64,000 nt of DNA from an uncultured Gammaproteobacteria bacterium. GTDB taxonomy: Bacteria; Pseudomonadota; Gammaproteobacteria; DRJJ01. How positions within the stretch are numbered: position 1 is the stretch's first letter; each line of letters opens with the position of its first letter. The stretch covers positions 129,392-193,391 of the forward strand of contig CAMYJU010000007.1 in assembly GCA_947258795.1 (NCBI GenBank), read 5' to 3'. The position numbers and the translations under genes were made by a program. Below, piece after piece: positions 29,970 to 39,207 of the stretch. A model generated the notes under the pieces. The model was given only the letters and a program-made list of their open reading frames with translations, did no database searches and had not been told where the DNA came from.

Positions 29970-31154
29970 ATGGCTGAAATAAAACTAAGCAATATCAGCA
30001 AACATTTCGCCGCTACGATTGCGGTCGAGGAGGCTAGTTTTACGATCAGCGATGGTGAGTTTTTCATCCTGGTCGGCCCCTCAGGCTGTGGCAAATCCAC
30101 CCTGTTGAATATGATCGTGGGTCTGGAGCAGCCCACGACCGGGGAAATCAGTGTAGATGGCCAGGTGGTCAATGAACTGGACCCGAAGGATCGGAATATG
30201 GCTATGGTGTTTCAGAGCTATGCCCTGTATCCGCATATGAGTGTGCGTGAGAACATGGCTTTTCCGCTCAGGCTTGCGAAATTGTCACAGCAAGAGATCG
30301 ACAAGCGTGTTACCAGGGCAGCCGTAGTCCTCGAACTGGAAGACCTGCTTAACCGTAAGCCACGCGCGCTGTCCGGCGGGCAGCGCCAGCGTGTAGCGAT
30401 GGGCCGGGCGATTGTGCGTGAGCCCAAAGCATTTTTACTGGACGAGCCGCTCTCGAACCTGGATGCGAAACTGCGTGTACAGATGCGTACCGAGATTGCG
30501 CGACTGCAGCGTCGACTCGGCACCACTACGGTCTATGTTACCCATGACCAGACCGAGGCGATGACCCTGGGTGATCGTATTGCGGTGTTATATAAGGGCA
30601 GGTTGTTGCAAATCGGTACACCGCGTGAACTCTATGAATGTCCCGCGAATCTGTTCGTCGCCGGTTTTATCGGCTCGCCGACCATGAACTTCCTGCCGGC
30701 CCGGTGCAAGGATTCAAATCTTGAGTTACCGCTCGGTTCAATGAGGCTTTCTGAAACCATGAGTCAGCAGGTAGAACTTTCGGAAGGCCCGGTTATCGCG
30801 GCATTTCGGCCTGAGCATCTACGGATTGTTGGAGAAAAAAACAGTCCTTGCGATGGTGTGCAATTCGAGGCGCAGGTAGAGCTGGTCGAATGGCTTGGGG
30901 CGGATCTGTTTATCTACTTTTATGCTACAACCGAAGGATTCGAGGCGATGGAGCTTCCGGAAAATCTGGATATCACCACCCGTGACAAGGACCGACAACT
31001 ACTGGTCGCACGTATTGATCCGGCAACCGGAATTGGTGAAGGGGGTACGGTGAACTTGTGCATGGATGTAAGGCGTTTATTGTTCTTCGATTCCAGTACT
31101 GGTGAGAGATTTCGACAGGATAAGAGTAATGTAATAAGTATAAGACACCAATAA
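29970..31154 (+). CDS. Sugar ABC transporter ATPase (MalK/SugC family)
   Basis: [27 protein letters not shown] and DEPLSNLD. Confidence 0.95.
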   Translation: MAEIKLSNISKHFAATIAVEEASFTISDGEFFILVGPSGCGKSTLLNMIVGLEQPTTGEISVDGQVVNELDPKDRNMAMVFQSYALYPHMSVRENMAFPLRLAKLSQQEIDKRVTRAAVVLELEDLLNRKPRALSGGQRQRVAMGRAIVREPKAFLLDEPLSNLDAKLRVQMRTEIARLQRRLGTTTVYVTHDQTEAMTLGDRIAVLYKGRLLQIGTPRELYECPANLFVAGFIGSPTMNFLPARCKDSNLELPLGSMRLSETMSQQVELSEGPVIAAFRPEHLRIVGEKNSPCDGVQFEAQVELVEWLGADLFIYFYATTEGFEAMELPENLDITTRDKDRQLLVARIDPATGIGEGGTVNLCMDVRRLLFFDSSTGERFRQDKSNVISIRHQ

Positions 31155-31298
31155 ACAAGTTGCTTGTCTCATCTGCTTACTGCTTATTTAATGATGCAGA
31201 AACTGATGTCTGGAAAAAGACCGGTTACTTAACCATACTTCACTACTATGAGATAGCAATATAACTCTTCATATTAATAATGACATCTGGTACTGCTT

Positions 31299-31573
31299 GT
31301 GACACACAGCCAGAGTTTTGATGTCGCTGATCCGGCATTAGCCGAGCAGGGCCAACAACGCATTGAATGGGCCCTGCAGGAAATGCCGGTACTGCGTGAG
31401 CTTTCAGCGCGATTTAGTGACGAGCGGCGGCTGGACAACGCTGTACATATAATGTCCCGGTAGATATTGATCGGGAAGTAGCGAGCCTGAAGCTGGCAGC
31501 GATGAATATCGGCATCGACGATCTGACTGAAGAGCAACATAAATATCTTTCTTCCTGGCGGGAGGGGACCTGA
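31299..31573 (+). pseudogene. ahcY: Adenosylhomocysteinase relic with large internal deletion and frameshift
   Basis: FDVADPALAEQGQQRIEWALQEMPVLRELSARF (AhcY N-terminus) is joined to LDNAV/YNVPVDIDREVASLKLAAMNIGIDDLTEEQHKYLSSWREGT* (AhcY C-terminus) across a 2-nt frameshift. Confidence 0.85.
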
Positions 31574-31800
31574 GACTAGATTATTAAAAGGAATAGAAGT
31601 CTTTTAGTAGTTATTTAGGGGTCTCTGATAAATTCTGTTATTATAGAACTAAATCGCATCGTTCATTAAAGTGCCTGATAGTGTCTTGAGAAGCCAATAA
31701 AAATTAGTCTATTAGGAATCTGTTAATTTTTTAAATCCTTTTTTTACGTCGATCAGTACTATATTTGGACTGAGAGTCATGTTACCCGGGTAATACCTTC

Positions 31801-32265
31801 ATGTTACGTCCTTTCCTGGTACTGTTAGCTTTTCTGATCATGCCCGTAGCGCTGGCGGACAAGCCGGTTGGCTATGAATTTTATACCTTCGACAAAGCCA
31901 TGCTGCAGGCAAAGACGCAGGGAAAACCGCTATTTGTCTACTTTGGTCGTTATGGCTGTGGCTATTGTGACAAAACCAATAAGGAAGCCTTTAGCGATGA
32001 GCAGGTACGCAAAATTTATAACAGTCACTATGTGCTCGCTTATGTCGATTCTGAAAGCGGCAAGCGCCTGCGTCTGCCCAGTGGTGAACGCATTGCCGAG
32101 CGTGAAGTCGGCACCCGGTACAACGCCTTCGTGACGCCTGTATTTACCTTTATGACTGAGACAGGTGAAGTCTTTCACAGGATGGTTGGTGTACAACGAA
32201 TCGAGGATTTACTATCAGCCCACAAAATCGTGCAACAGAAACTGGCCAATACCGTCAAACCATGA
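31801..32265 (+). CDS. Periplasmic thioredoxin-fold protein (SoxW-like)
   Basis: Signal peptide, CGYC and a cis-Pro motif (VTP). Confidence 0.85.
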   Translation: MLRPFLVLLAFLIMPVALADKPVGYEFYTFDKAMLQAKTQGKPLFVYFGRYGCGYCDKTNKEAFSDEQVRKIYNSHYVLAYVDSESGKRLRLPSGERIAEREVGTRYNAFVTPVFTFMTETGEVFHRMVGVQRIEDLLSAHKIVQQKLANTVKP

Positions 32266-33485
32266 GTCTGAATACTGTTCTCAGTGGCATCGTCATGCTT
32301 GCCATCACACCACTTGTGCATGCGCAACCATGGGAATTCAAGGAGCCGGTCCAGGTAAGTGTAACATCAGGCCCCGGCATCTTTCATCATCTGGAATCTT
32401 CCGGCAGAAGAAATATTGCTGTATCGGGTGATGTCGTGGCTGTGGTCTGGGAAGACAATCGTAACGGCACACCACAAATCTATCTGGCGCGTAAGCCATT
32501 GAGCGCCAGCGAGTTTGAATCCGAAACCAGGATTAGCGCTCAGGGCGAGGCGTTTGAGCCATCACTGGTGTCACTCGGCAACGGTGACTTTGCCGTCGCC
32601 TGGGAGGAAGATGCGCGTATTTTTGTGCGATTGATTGGCGCTGAAAGGGTTGGTAAAGCATTGATGGTCGGTAGAGCTGAAGCATACCAGGCGAGTCTGG
32701 TTCGTCATCATCAACAGTTACTGCTGGTCTATGCGGCGGCAGGCGGGAAATATCCCAGAATATGGCTGCAACAACTGGCGATCGTACAAGGACTGTTGCG
32801 CAAATTGCCGGAATGCCCGGTGGATAAGGAGTCAGCCAGGGATGAACAGCTTTACCCGGTCGCATTAAGCCTGGGCGATCGGCTGATAGTCGCCTGGGAG
32901 GATCGCCGGCCAGGTCATACTATTATCATGGCTGCGCACAGCAATACGAAATCACTTTGTAACTTTAGTACACCACAGCGTATTAGTGAGGGTCCCGAAA
33001 AGTCCCGTGCCCCCTACGGGAAAGGGCATGGTGTGGCGCGGGTGGCGCTGGCTGGCTATGGTAACAGCCAGGGTATGGCGGTCTGGGCCGATAAACGCGA
33101 TTTTCGTGAAGGCTATGATGTCTATGCGGCGCGTTACCTGACGGATGGTAAAAGCCTGTTTGGAAAAAACGCCAAGGTCCAGGACAGTTTTGGCGGTGTT
33201 GCCCAGCAGTGGCATACGGCAATTGCCGGTAACGATGCCGGCAGCCTGGTGGTGGCCTGGGATGACAACCGTGATGGCGATGCCGACATTGTGCTGAGCT
33301 GGATCGAGGGCGGGGACTGGAGTGACGATCTCACGGTAGAGGCTGCCTCTGGAGTCGGCATCCAGTCGCACCCGTCAGTGTTTCTGGATAACGACACCAA
33401 CCTGCACCTGGTATGGAGCGAGCGTGAAAAAGTCGGTGGTCCGACGCGGCTGCGTTACCTGTTTGGCAAGGCGATCAGGCCGTAA
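32262..33485 (+). CDS. Secreted repeat (probable beta-propeller) protein of unknown function
   Basis: Signal peptide; repeated V(V/A)W(E/D)D(N/R)R units; ATGA-coupled to the thioredoxin gene. Confidence 0.75.
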   Translation: MSLNTVLSGIVMLAITPLVHAQPWEFKEPVQVSVTSGPGIFHHLESSGRRNIAVSGDVVAVVWEDNRNGTPQIYLARKPLSASEFESETRISAQGEAFEPSLVSLGNGDFAVAWEEDARIFVRLIGAERVGKALMVGRAEAYQASLVRHHQQLLLVYAAAGGKYPRIWLQQLAIVQGLLRKLPECPVDKESARDEQLYPVALSLGDRLIVAWEDRRPGHTIIMAAHSNTKSLCNFSTPQRISEGPEKSRAPYGKGHGVARVALAGYGNSQGMAVWADKRDFREGYDVYAARYLTDGKSLFGKNAKVQDSFGGVAQQWHTAIAGNDAGSLVVAWDDNRDGDADIVLSWIEGGDWSDDLTVEAASGVGIQSHPSVFLDNDTNLHLVWSEREKVGGPTRLRYLFGKAIRP

Positions 33486-33498
33486 CGATGAGCAAGTG

Positions 33499-34224
33499 CT
33501 ATTCAACCGTAATGCTGGAATCCTCCAGCAGTACCTCATAGATATAGCCGAAACCAAAATCCTTGTTCAGTGACAGCTTGCCGCTGACCAGGATCACATC
33601 ACCTGTTTTCGCGGTACCGGCCGTGGTGAGCGTAAGGTCCTTGGCCGTGCTGCTGTCACGGATATGGATCCAGTTCGTACCCATCACCTGTGGGGTATAT
33701 TTCACTACTTTGCCGCGTATGTGTATGGTTTTGCCAGCCAGTTGCTGTTTCTGGCCCAGAACCTCGCTGATGGTGTTGCCGTTGGCCGCCTTTTTGATGC
33801 CAGCGACGGGCTGTGCGGGAGCCTTATTGGCCGACTTGTGCGGAGCTGGCGTTGTCGCGGGGTCGCCGGCCTTGTCGGTGTAGATCTGGCCGACAAAATA
33901 CACTACATCAAATTCGCGCTTCAGGGTCTTGCTGTAAAACTTCTGCATCGGCATATTGGGTACAAACGAGACCATGCTGCCCGGAGCCAGGCTCACCGGC
34001 GGGGCGGCGGCCCAGTGCTTCGACTTGCCGGTGTCTACGTGTACGTAGGTATAGTTATCGGTGTTGATGGTCTCGATTACCTTGCCGTATATCTTGCCGG
34101 TGGTATTTCCCTGCATCGGCATGCCCTGATGCGGGTCCTGGTCGGGACTGGCCTGGCACAGGCTGCTGATAGTCAGTAACAATAGCGAAAGCGGTAAGCT
34201 GATCATTTTGAAAGGGTTATTCAC
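33499..34224 (-). CDS. NrfJ-like periplasmic OB-fold protein
   Basis: GKVIETI...YTYV...WAAAP...F.SKTLKREFD.VYF, then C-terminal GKVVK...MGTNWIHIRD...KDFGFGY.Y. Confidence 0.7.
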   Translation of the reverse strand: MNNPFKMISLPLSLLLLTISSLCQASPDQDPHQGMPMQGNTTGKIYGKVIETINTDNYTYVHVDTGKSKHWAAAPPVSLAPGSMVSFVPNMPMQKFYSKTLKREFDVVYFVGQIYTDKAGDPATTPAPHKSANKAPAQPVAGIKKAANGNTISEVLGQKQQLAGKTIHIRGKVVKYTPQVMGTNWIHIRDSSTAKDLTLTTAGTAKTGDVILVSGKLSLNKDFGFGYIYEVLLEDSSITVE

Positions 34225-34313
34225 AAGCGTCTCCAGAAACTGTTGCTATACGGCTGTTAACCGCCTCATCGATAATATGCCACGTATGCTAACAGTACAA
34301 CCGCCTGATAATG

Positions 34314-34327
34314 TTGATCCAGGTCAG
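34314..34327. promoter_or_regulatory. FNR-like box
   Basis: TTGAT-CCAG-GTCAG between divergent genes. Confidence 0.45.
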
Positions 34328-34444
34328 CATAACATCACAGCGGCTCAGGGGGCGCTAAATTATTAACTTCTACTATCAACAACATACGGGTAGAATAACG
34401 GTAAGTCAGAAGTAAAGGCAGAGAACCCAATGGGGTCCCAGGGC

Positions 34445-35017
34445 ATGTACAAAATTTTCGGTCTGATAGTCTCGCTGGTCGTATTAACGGCATGCAGTAC
34501 GGTTGCAGTCGAGCCTGGAAAAGACGGCCGTTATGCCGATATCAAGCTGTTCAGCCCGATCCCGGACAAAGCCGTGGTCTACGTTTATCGCGAAGACGCC
34601 ATAGCCGATGGCTACTATCCCACCAGGCTGATCGTCAACGGCCACACCGTATCCACCAGTGCCCGTAATAGCTATAATATCCTGGTGTTGCCGCCGGGTG
34701 AGTATGATATTGGCGTGACCTCTTCGTTCCAGGAGGGGGACTACCTGCCGATGGATGTCAACTTCAATGCCGGAGAGGTTCATTATCTGAATGTCTATTG
34801 GGAAAAAACCGCCCACTGGGAGAAGGATGAAGGATTCCGACTCAAGGCTGTCACCGAAAACCGGGCCAGGAAACACATCAGCAGTGCACGCCTGATCGCG
34901 TTCAAGGAGCTCTGCCCGGATTACCAGATCGATCCCGAAGAGAAAAATAAACTGGGCAACTCACAGGTCTTTTTCCGCTCCTATCGTGCAGGGATCTGCA
35001 ACGCCCCACCGCCATAG
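34445..35017 (+). CDS. Lipoprotein, DUF2846-like
   Basis: Lipobox LTAC; DKAVVYVYRE, LPPGEY and AGEVHYL. Confidence 0.75.
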   Translation: MYKIFGLIVSLVVLTACSTVAVEPGKDGRYADIKLFSPIPDKAVVYVYREDAIADGYYPTRLIVNGHTVSTSARNSYNILVLPPGEYDIGVTSSFQEGDYLPMDVNFNAGEVHYLNVYWEKTAHWEKDEGFRLKAVTENRARKHISSARLIAFKELCPDYQIDPEEKNKLGNSQVFFRSYRAGICNAPPP

Positions 35018-35167
35018 CCGATGAAGCGCTGGCAGATATCCAATTAAAAACAATAACTTGAGATTTTCCGTATAAAAATTGACCAGCTGGAGCTGTTATC
35101 TGGAGTTGCTAGATAGTGCAGTACCAGCGTCGGAAACGCTAACTACAAAAAAAATTCCTCATTTTTC

Positions 35168-35194
35168 TAAAAGTATTTTTCCTGCCGCCGTTAT
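35168..35194 (+). promoter_or_regulatory. Sigma28 (FliA)-type promoter
   Basis: TAAA-N15-GCCGTTAT (consensus TAAA-N15-GCCGATAA), about 10 nt before the riboswitch P1. Confidence 0.7.
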
Positions 35195-35203
35195 AGTAAA
35201 TAA

Positions 35204-35300
35204 CGTTTCGTGACAATGGCTACCTGTTGTGAAAACAGCGGGGCGCAAAGTTACCTGCCTGGGACCGATTGGTTATGGTAGAGGGGCTACCGGAGAAACG
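35204..35300 (+). ncRNA. c-di-GMP-I (GEMM-I) riboswitch
   Basis: P1 CGTTTC/GAAACG; GACAAT-GGC junction; P2 CCTGTTGT-GAAA-ACAGCGGG (GNRA loop); GCGCAAAG; P3 with CCTGGG...TATGG receptor-like motif and GGTAGAGGGGCTACCG. Lies in the 5' UTR of a cytochrome gene. Confidence 0.83.
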
Positions 35301-35406
35301 ATAAATATCTGCAATTGCCATCAGCAATCCTGCTTTGGGCGGGTAGTGGCCATAGCGGATATCTCCGGCTTCTGTCTTCCTTGCCAGGCCTGACTGAGGA
35401 AGATTT

Positions 35407-35940
35407 ATGAAGCTTTTTGGCAAGTCGTTTGTTGCAGTGCTGCTGATTGTATGTGTTGTGCCATCCGTGTCTGCGGGCAACTTCAAGGAATGGCTACTCG
35501 GTTCAGGGGCCAAAGCCCCCGAGCCTGTGCAACTGGATGTTTCGTCGGCGCAATGCATGAAATGCCACAATAGCAAGGACTCAGGTCATATCACTGTCAA
35601 ACATGCGGACTCACCAATGCAGTTCACGGCTTCAGGTCTGCAGACCAATCATCCGGTGGGTATGCATTATGGAAACTATGCGCTCAATCAACCGGCCAGT
35701 TTTCGTTCTCGCGCCACGCTCAATCCGAAAATCATGCTTGCCGGCGGCCGGGTGACCTGTATCAGCTGTCATGAGCAGAAAGAAAAGGATGTCAGTACAG
35801 CAAATGCAGCCAGGACCTATGGCAATGTACTTGCCGCCAGTGGTGGTTCGCTGTCCGGACTGGACATGTGTACTTCGAAAAAGACCTTGACGGTCGGCCC
35901 GAAAACATCGGACCTGTGCATGTCCTGTCATACGATGTAA
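35407..35940 (+). CDS. Periplasmic triheme cytochrome c
   Basis: Signal peptide; CMKCH, NHPVG, CISCH and CMSCH. Confidence 0.9.
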   Translation: MKLFGKSFVAVLLIVCVVPSVSAGNFKEWLLGSGAKAPEPVQLDVSSAQCMKCHNSKDSGHITVKHADSPMQFTASGLQTNHPVGMHYGNYALNQPASFRSRATLNPKIMLAGGRVTCISCHEQKEKDVSTANAARTYGNVLAASGGSLSGLDMCTSKKTLTVGPKTSDLCMSCHTM

Positions 35941-36003
35941 AACACAAATATCAGATATCAGTCAGCTACCCTGATATATCCATGCGTATTTAATCCAGAC
36001 GAT

Positions 36004-36741
36004 TCATTTTTCCTGTGACATACAGGCCTTGAATATCCCGTACTTGTCGCCACGAGGGTCTCTTGGCATTTTTCCGGCCGGGATGCTGTAGGCGTTTTGC
36101 ACCATTTCACCGGTGACACTGTCCAGTTTTTCGATGCCGGTTTTCGGTAAGGACTCCAGTGTTTTTTTGTATGTGCCATTTGCCAGCCGATCCATTAATG
36201 CCTTGACATAGACATTGGCTGCGTAATAGCACAGCAGTTCGTGGTCCCTGTGGTTTTCCAGCAGCCATTCATAGTCCAGCCTGCCAATTTCACGGGCAAT
36301 CAGAAAATCATTCAGGCGGGCAGTAAACCCGACCAGTGAGAAACTGGTCTTCAGACGGTTTTTGTTTTTATCGACAATACGGACATCGATCTCCAGGCCA
36401 CTGATCATCTTGTTCATCAGTGTGGTCTGCTGTTTTTTATCCAGGCCCAGTATGTAGGTTTTGCGGTCGGCATAGTTGTCGATCAGTTGCAGCTTGCCGG
36501 TTTTAAGGCCCAGTTCACCGATCTGGAGATCGGTTATATCCGGCTGGATGATTTCTCTGGCCTTGTATAATGAAAGAAAGAAATCAACACCGTTGTTGTT
36601 TTCTACAATACTCAACTGGTGTTTGTTACTATTAGTGACAAATATGCCTTTTTTACCAGCGGTATTGATTTCCCATGCTGCGAGCTGGCTGGTGTTGAAC
36701 ATGAGCAGGCCAATAGCGATTATTATTCTTTGGATGATCAT
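36004..36741 (-). CDS. Secreted hypothetical protein, paralog of 48350-49090
   Basis: Signal peptide; shares FSxxGF...E.GRLD..WL.....L.CYY.A...AL...LP.TG...KY..FK.CM with the paralog. Confidence 0.8.
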   Translation of the reverse strand: MIIQRIIIAIGLLMFNTSQLAAWEINTAGKKGIFVTNSNKHQLSIVENNNGVDFFLSLYKAREIIQPDITDLQIGELGLKTGKLQLIDNYADRKTYILGLDKKQQTTLMNKMISGLEIDVRIVDKNKNRLKTSFSLVGFTARLNDFLIAREIGRLDYEWLLENHRDHELLCYYAANVYVKALMDRLANGTYKKTLESLPKTGIEKLDSVTGEMVQNAYSIPAGKMPRDPRGDKYGIFKACMSQEK

Positions 36742-36859
36742 AAAGTCATCATATCAGCTCGTCTGGTTTTATACAGTACCCGTATAAACAGGGCCGGCAG
36801 TATCTATTGAATAAGTATACTCAGGGCTGGTGTTTTTTTACTATTAAATGCAGGGAATA

Positions 36860-36873
36860 TTGATACTGGTCAA
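36860..36873. promoter_or_regulatory. FNR box
   Basis: TTGAT-ACTG-GTCAA (9/10) upstream of the first cytochrome operon. Confidence 0.7.
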
Positions 36874-36980
36874 TTTTGGTATACGTTTATTGTTGTAGGG
36901 TAGAAACGCATTGTATAAAAGACCCTGAACGATGACGTATCCTGGTGCGGGCGATACGCACAAAACAGGGGGGAGAGAGG

Positions 36981-37982
36981 GTGTTGAGAAGATGGCGGTA
37001 TCGCAACAGCATGGTATATCTGCTCCATTCAGCTGTTATGGCCTGCATGCTGGCACCTGTTGCATATGCGGACAGACCGGACCCCGGAGACGTCCAGCAG
37101 CTGATCAGAAAGGCTGAAGCGATACCGGGCATGATAGAGGAAAACCGGCTGGAGACATCGCAAATCCCCGATCCACACTGGCGTAAGCAGGCCTGTCTGG
37201 CCTGTCATACCAGTGAGCCGGCAAAAGGTGCGCCGCTACTGAAAACCGGCGGGGATGGTAGCTGTTTTTACTGTCATCGCCCGGAGGATCACACCGTGAT
37301 TCATCCTGCCCGTCTTGAGCCTGGTAAAAGAATGCGAGCGCAAATGTCGCCGGAATTCAGACAGCGGCTGATCAAGGGCAGGAAAACAGACTGCCTGACC
37401 TGTCATGACATTTTATTGCAGTGTAAAAAACGACCAGCGGCGATGCGTGTGCGTAACAGTGCCTTTCTGCGTGGCGGCTATTACAAACATCGTACTGGTG
37501 TGTGCTACCAGTGCCATAACCGGGAAAGCTATCAAAAACTGAATCCGCATGACCAGGTCAGTGATCAGGGTGTGCTCAACAAGGACAAATGCCTGATCTG
37601 CCATCGCAAGCTGCCGAGGCAGGATGGTGGTCGGGTCGGTGCAGGGGCTGCGATGCATACCGATCCGGACTGGTCGGCGATCTGCCTGAACTGCCATCGT
37701 TGGCAGCCACATCCTGGAGGCAATATGGCCATGTTTTCGGGGGGTAAGGCGCCGGACCATCTGGTGGTACCGGATGACGGGATACGCGACAGGCTTGCGA
37801 CCAGGACGCGGGAACTGAATCTGGATATGCCGCTGGAGCCTGACACCGGCAAGGTCTACTGCGCAACCTGTCATAATCCGCATGAGCGTGGCGTGATCAA
37901 GAAGGCAGGTCTGGCTAAGGGGGCGGATGAAAAAAATCGATTGCGGGCGCAACGAATCTGTATCAATTGTCATGAAAAATGA
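36981..37982 (+). CDS. Periplasmic octaheme cytochrome c
   Basis: 8 CxxCH motifs; signal peptide; start uncertain (GTG 36981 has an RBS). Confidence 0.9.
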   Translation: MLRRWRYRNSMVYLLHSAVMACMLAPVAYADRPDPGDVQQLIRKAEAIPGMIEENRLETSQIPDPHWRKQACLACHTSEPAKGAPLLKTGGDGSCFYCHRPEDHTVIHPARLEPGKRMRAQMSPEFRQRLIKGRKTDCLTCHDILLQCKKRPAAMRVRNSAFLRGGYYKHRTGVCYQCHNRESYQKLNPHDQVSDQGVLNKDKCLICHRKLPRQDGGRVGAGAAMHTDPDWSAICLNCHRWQPHPGGNMAMFSGGKAPDHLVVPDDGIRDRLATRTRELNLDMPLEPDTGKVYCATCHNPHERGVIKKAGLAKGADEKNRLRAQRICINCHEK

Positions 37983-38029
37983 GTATATTGTTGGCAGCTC
38001 GCTGACATCATCATAACAGGAATAATAGA

Positions 38030-39151
38030 ATGACGATCAGGCAATCCGGGTTTCTTCTGTTCTGTTTCATACTGCTGGGCGTATTGTACTCGGGGGGGCT
38101 GCAGGCCTTTGTCGACGAAGAGGGTTGTCTGCTTTGTCATAAGTACCCGAAGATGGGTCGTGTAACGGAAGAGGGTACGCGGCGCTCCTACTATGTCATT
38201 CCACACGTGTTTGGCAAGACCGTACATCGCAATGTCCCTTGTCGTGACTGCCATACCAATATCAAGGAACTGCCGCACCGTGAAGTGAAGACCGGTGTCA
38301 CCTGTGATGCCGAGTGTCATTCAGTCAAGAACCCGGCGACCGGCAAGAACTTCAGTCACAAGCCGATTTACGAGGTCTACCGCAAGAGTGTGCACGGTCG
38401 TGACAAGATAGAAGAAGGTCTGGAGGCCGACAAGCCCTATTGCATTAGCTGTCACACCAATCCGTTGTACAACCCGGGTGAAAAGAGCATACCAAAAAGA
38501 ATTGCCGATCGTTGCGTGGTCTGCCATGAAGACCGAACCTTCGTCGAGGCCTGGTACAACCATACCAGCAGGCGTATCCGTGACATCAAGCGTTCGTCTG
38601 CAGAGATCGTTACACTCTGCTCATCCTGCCATGGCGACAAGAAACTGATTGAACGTCATATGAAAGCGGCTACTGAAGGCGACAAGGAGCTGGGCAGGAA
38701 GTTTGCGGTTGCATCAGAATCATACGACAACAGTTTCCACGGCAAGGTAACCCGTTATGGCTTTAGTGAAGCGGCCAATTGTCTGGATTGTCATGCTGAT
38801 TACGACAACTATTACCTGTCGGTTCACGATATAAGGCCCTCGCGTGATCCCTTGTCCCCAGTGCATGATGAAAGGCGATACAAGACCTGTCAGCGTTGTC
38901 ATACCTATGCGAACGAAAACTATGCGACCATCGATCCGCACCCGACCAAGGATCGAGAAAGTAACCCCTTTGTTTTCTGGGCAGAAGCGATTTATAACTG
39001 GGTCGCCTATGTCGTCATTGCCGGTCTGATCAGTCTGGCAATGTTCGAGACCCTGGGGCGCAGACGCGATGGCGCCGGCTGGAGACTGCGTCATGGTTCG
39101 TCCTGGTGGCGCAGAAGCCGCAGGGGCAAGAACAGGGATCGTGTGATCTGA
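38030..39151 (+). CDS. Membrane-anchored multiheme cytochrome c (7 CxxCH + CX3CH), Cbc-type module 1
   Basis: Signal peptide; SVHG and SFHG motifs; C-terminal TM helix. Confidence 0.9.
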   Translation: MTIRQSGFLLFCFILLGVLYSGGLQAFVDEEGCLLCHKYPKMGRVTEEGTRRSYYVIPHVFGKTVHRNVPCRDCHTNIKELPHREVKTGVTCDAECHSVKNPATGKNFSHKPIYEVYRKSVHGRDKIEEGLEADKPYCISCHTNPLYNPGEKSIPKRIADRCVVCHEDRTFVEAWYNHTSRRIRDIKRSSAEIVTLCSSCHGDKKLIERHMKAATEGDKELGRKFAVASESYDNSFHGKVTRYGFSEAANCLDCHADYDNYYLSVHDIRPSRDPLSPVHDERRYKTCQRCHTYANENYATIDPHPTKDRESNPFVFWAEAIYNWVAYVVIAGLISLAMFETLGRRRDGAGWRLRHGSSWWRRSRRGKNRDRVI

Positions 39152-39207
39152 GCGGTTCAGGTTATTCAAAACAACATGCAGCAGAGTAAAAACCGGGTAG
39201 GAAACAA

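Noticed and set aside
35204..35300. cGAMP-specific (GEMM-Ib) assignment of the riboswitch
   Set aside because: The discriminating position reads G rather than A in my manual alignment; ligand specificity remains untested.
36981..37982. Octaheme as HAO/OTR/ONR or NrfA-type catalytic enzyme
   Set aside because: It is too short, has no CxxCK and shows no recognisable catalytic-family motifs; it looks like an electron carrier.
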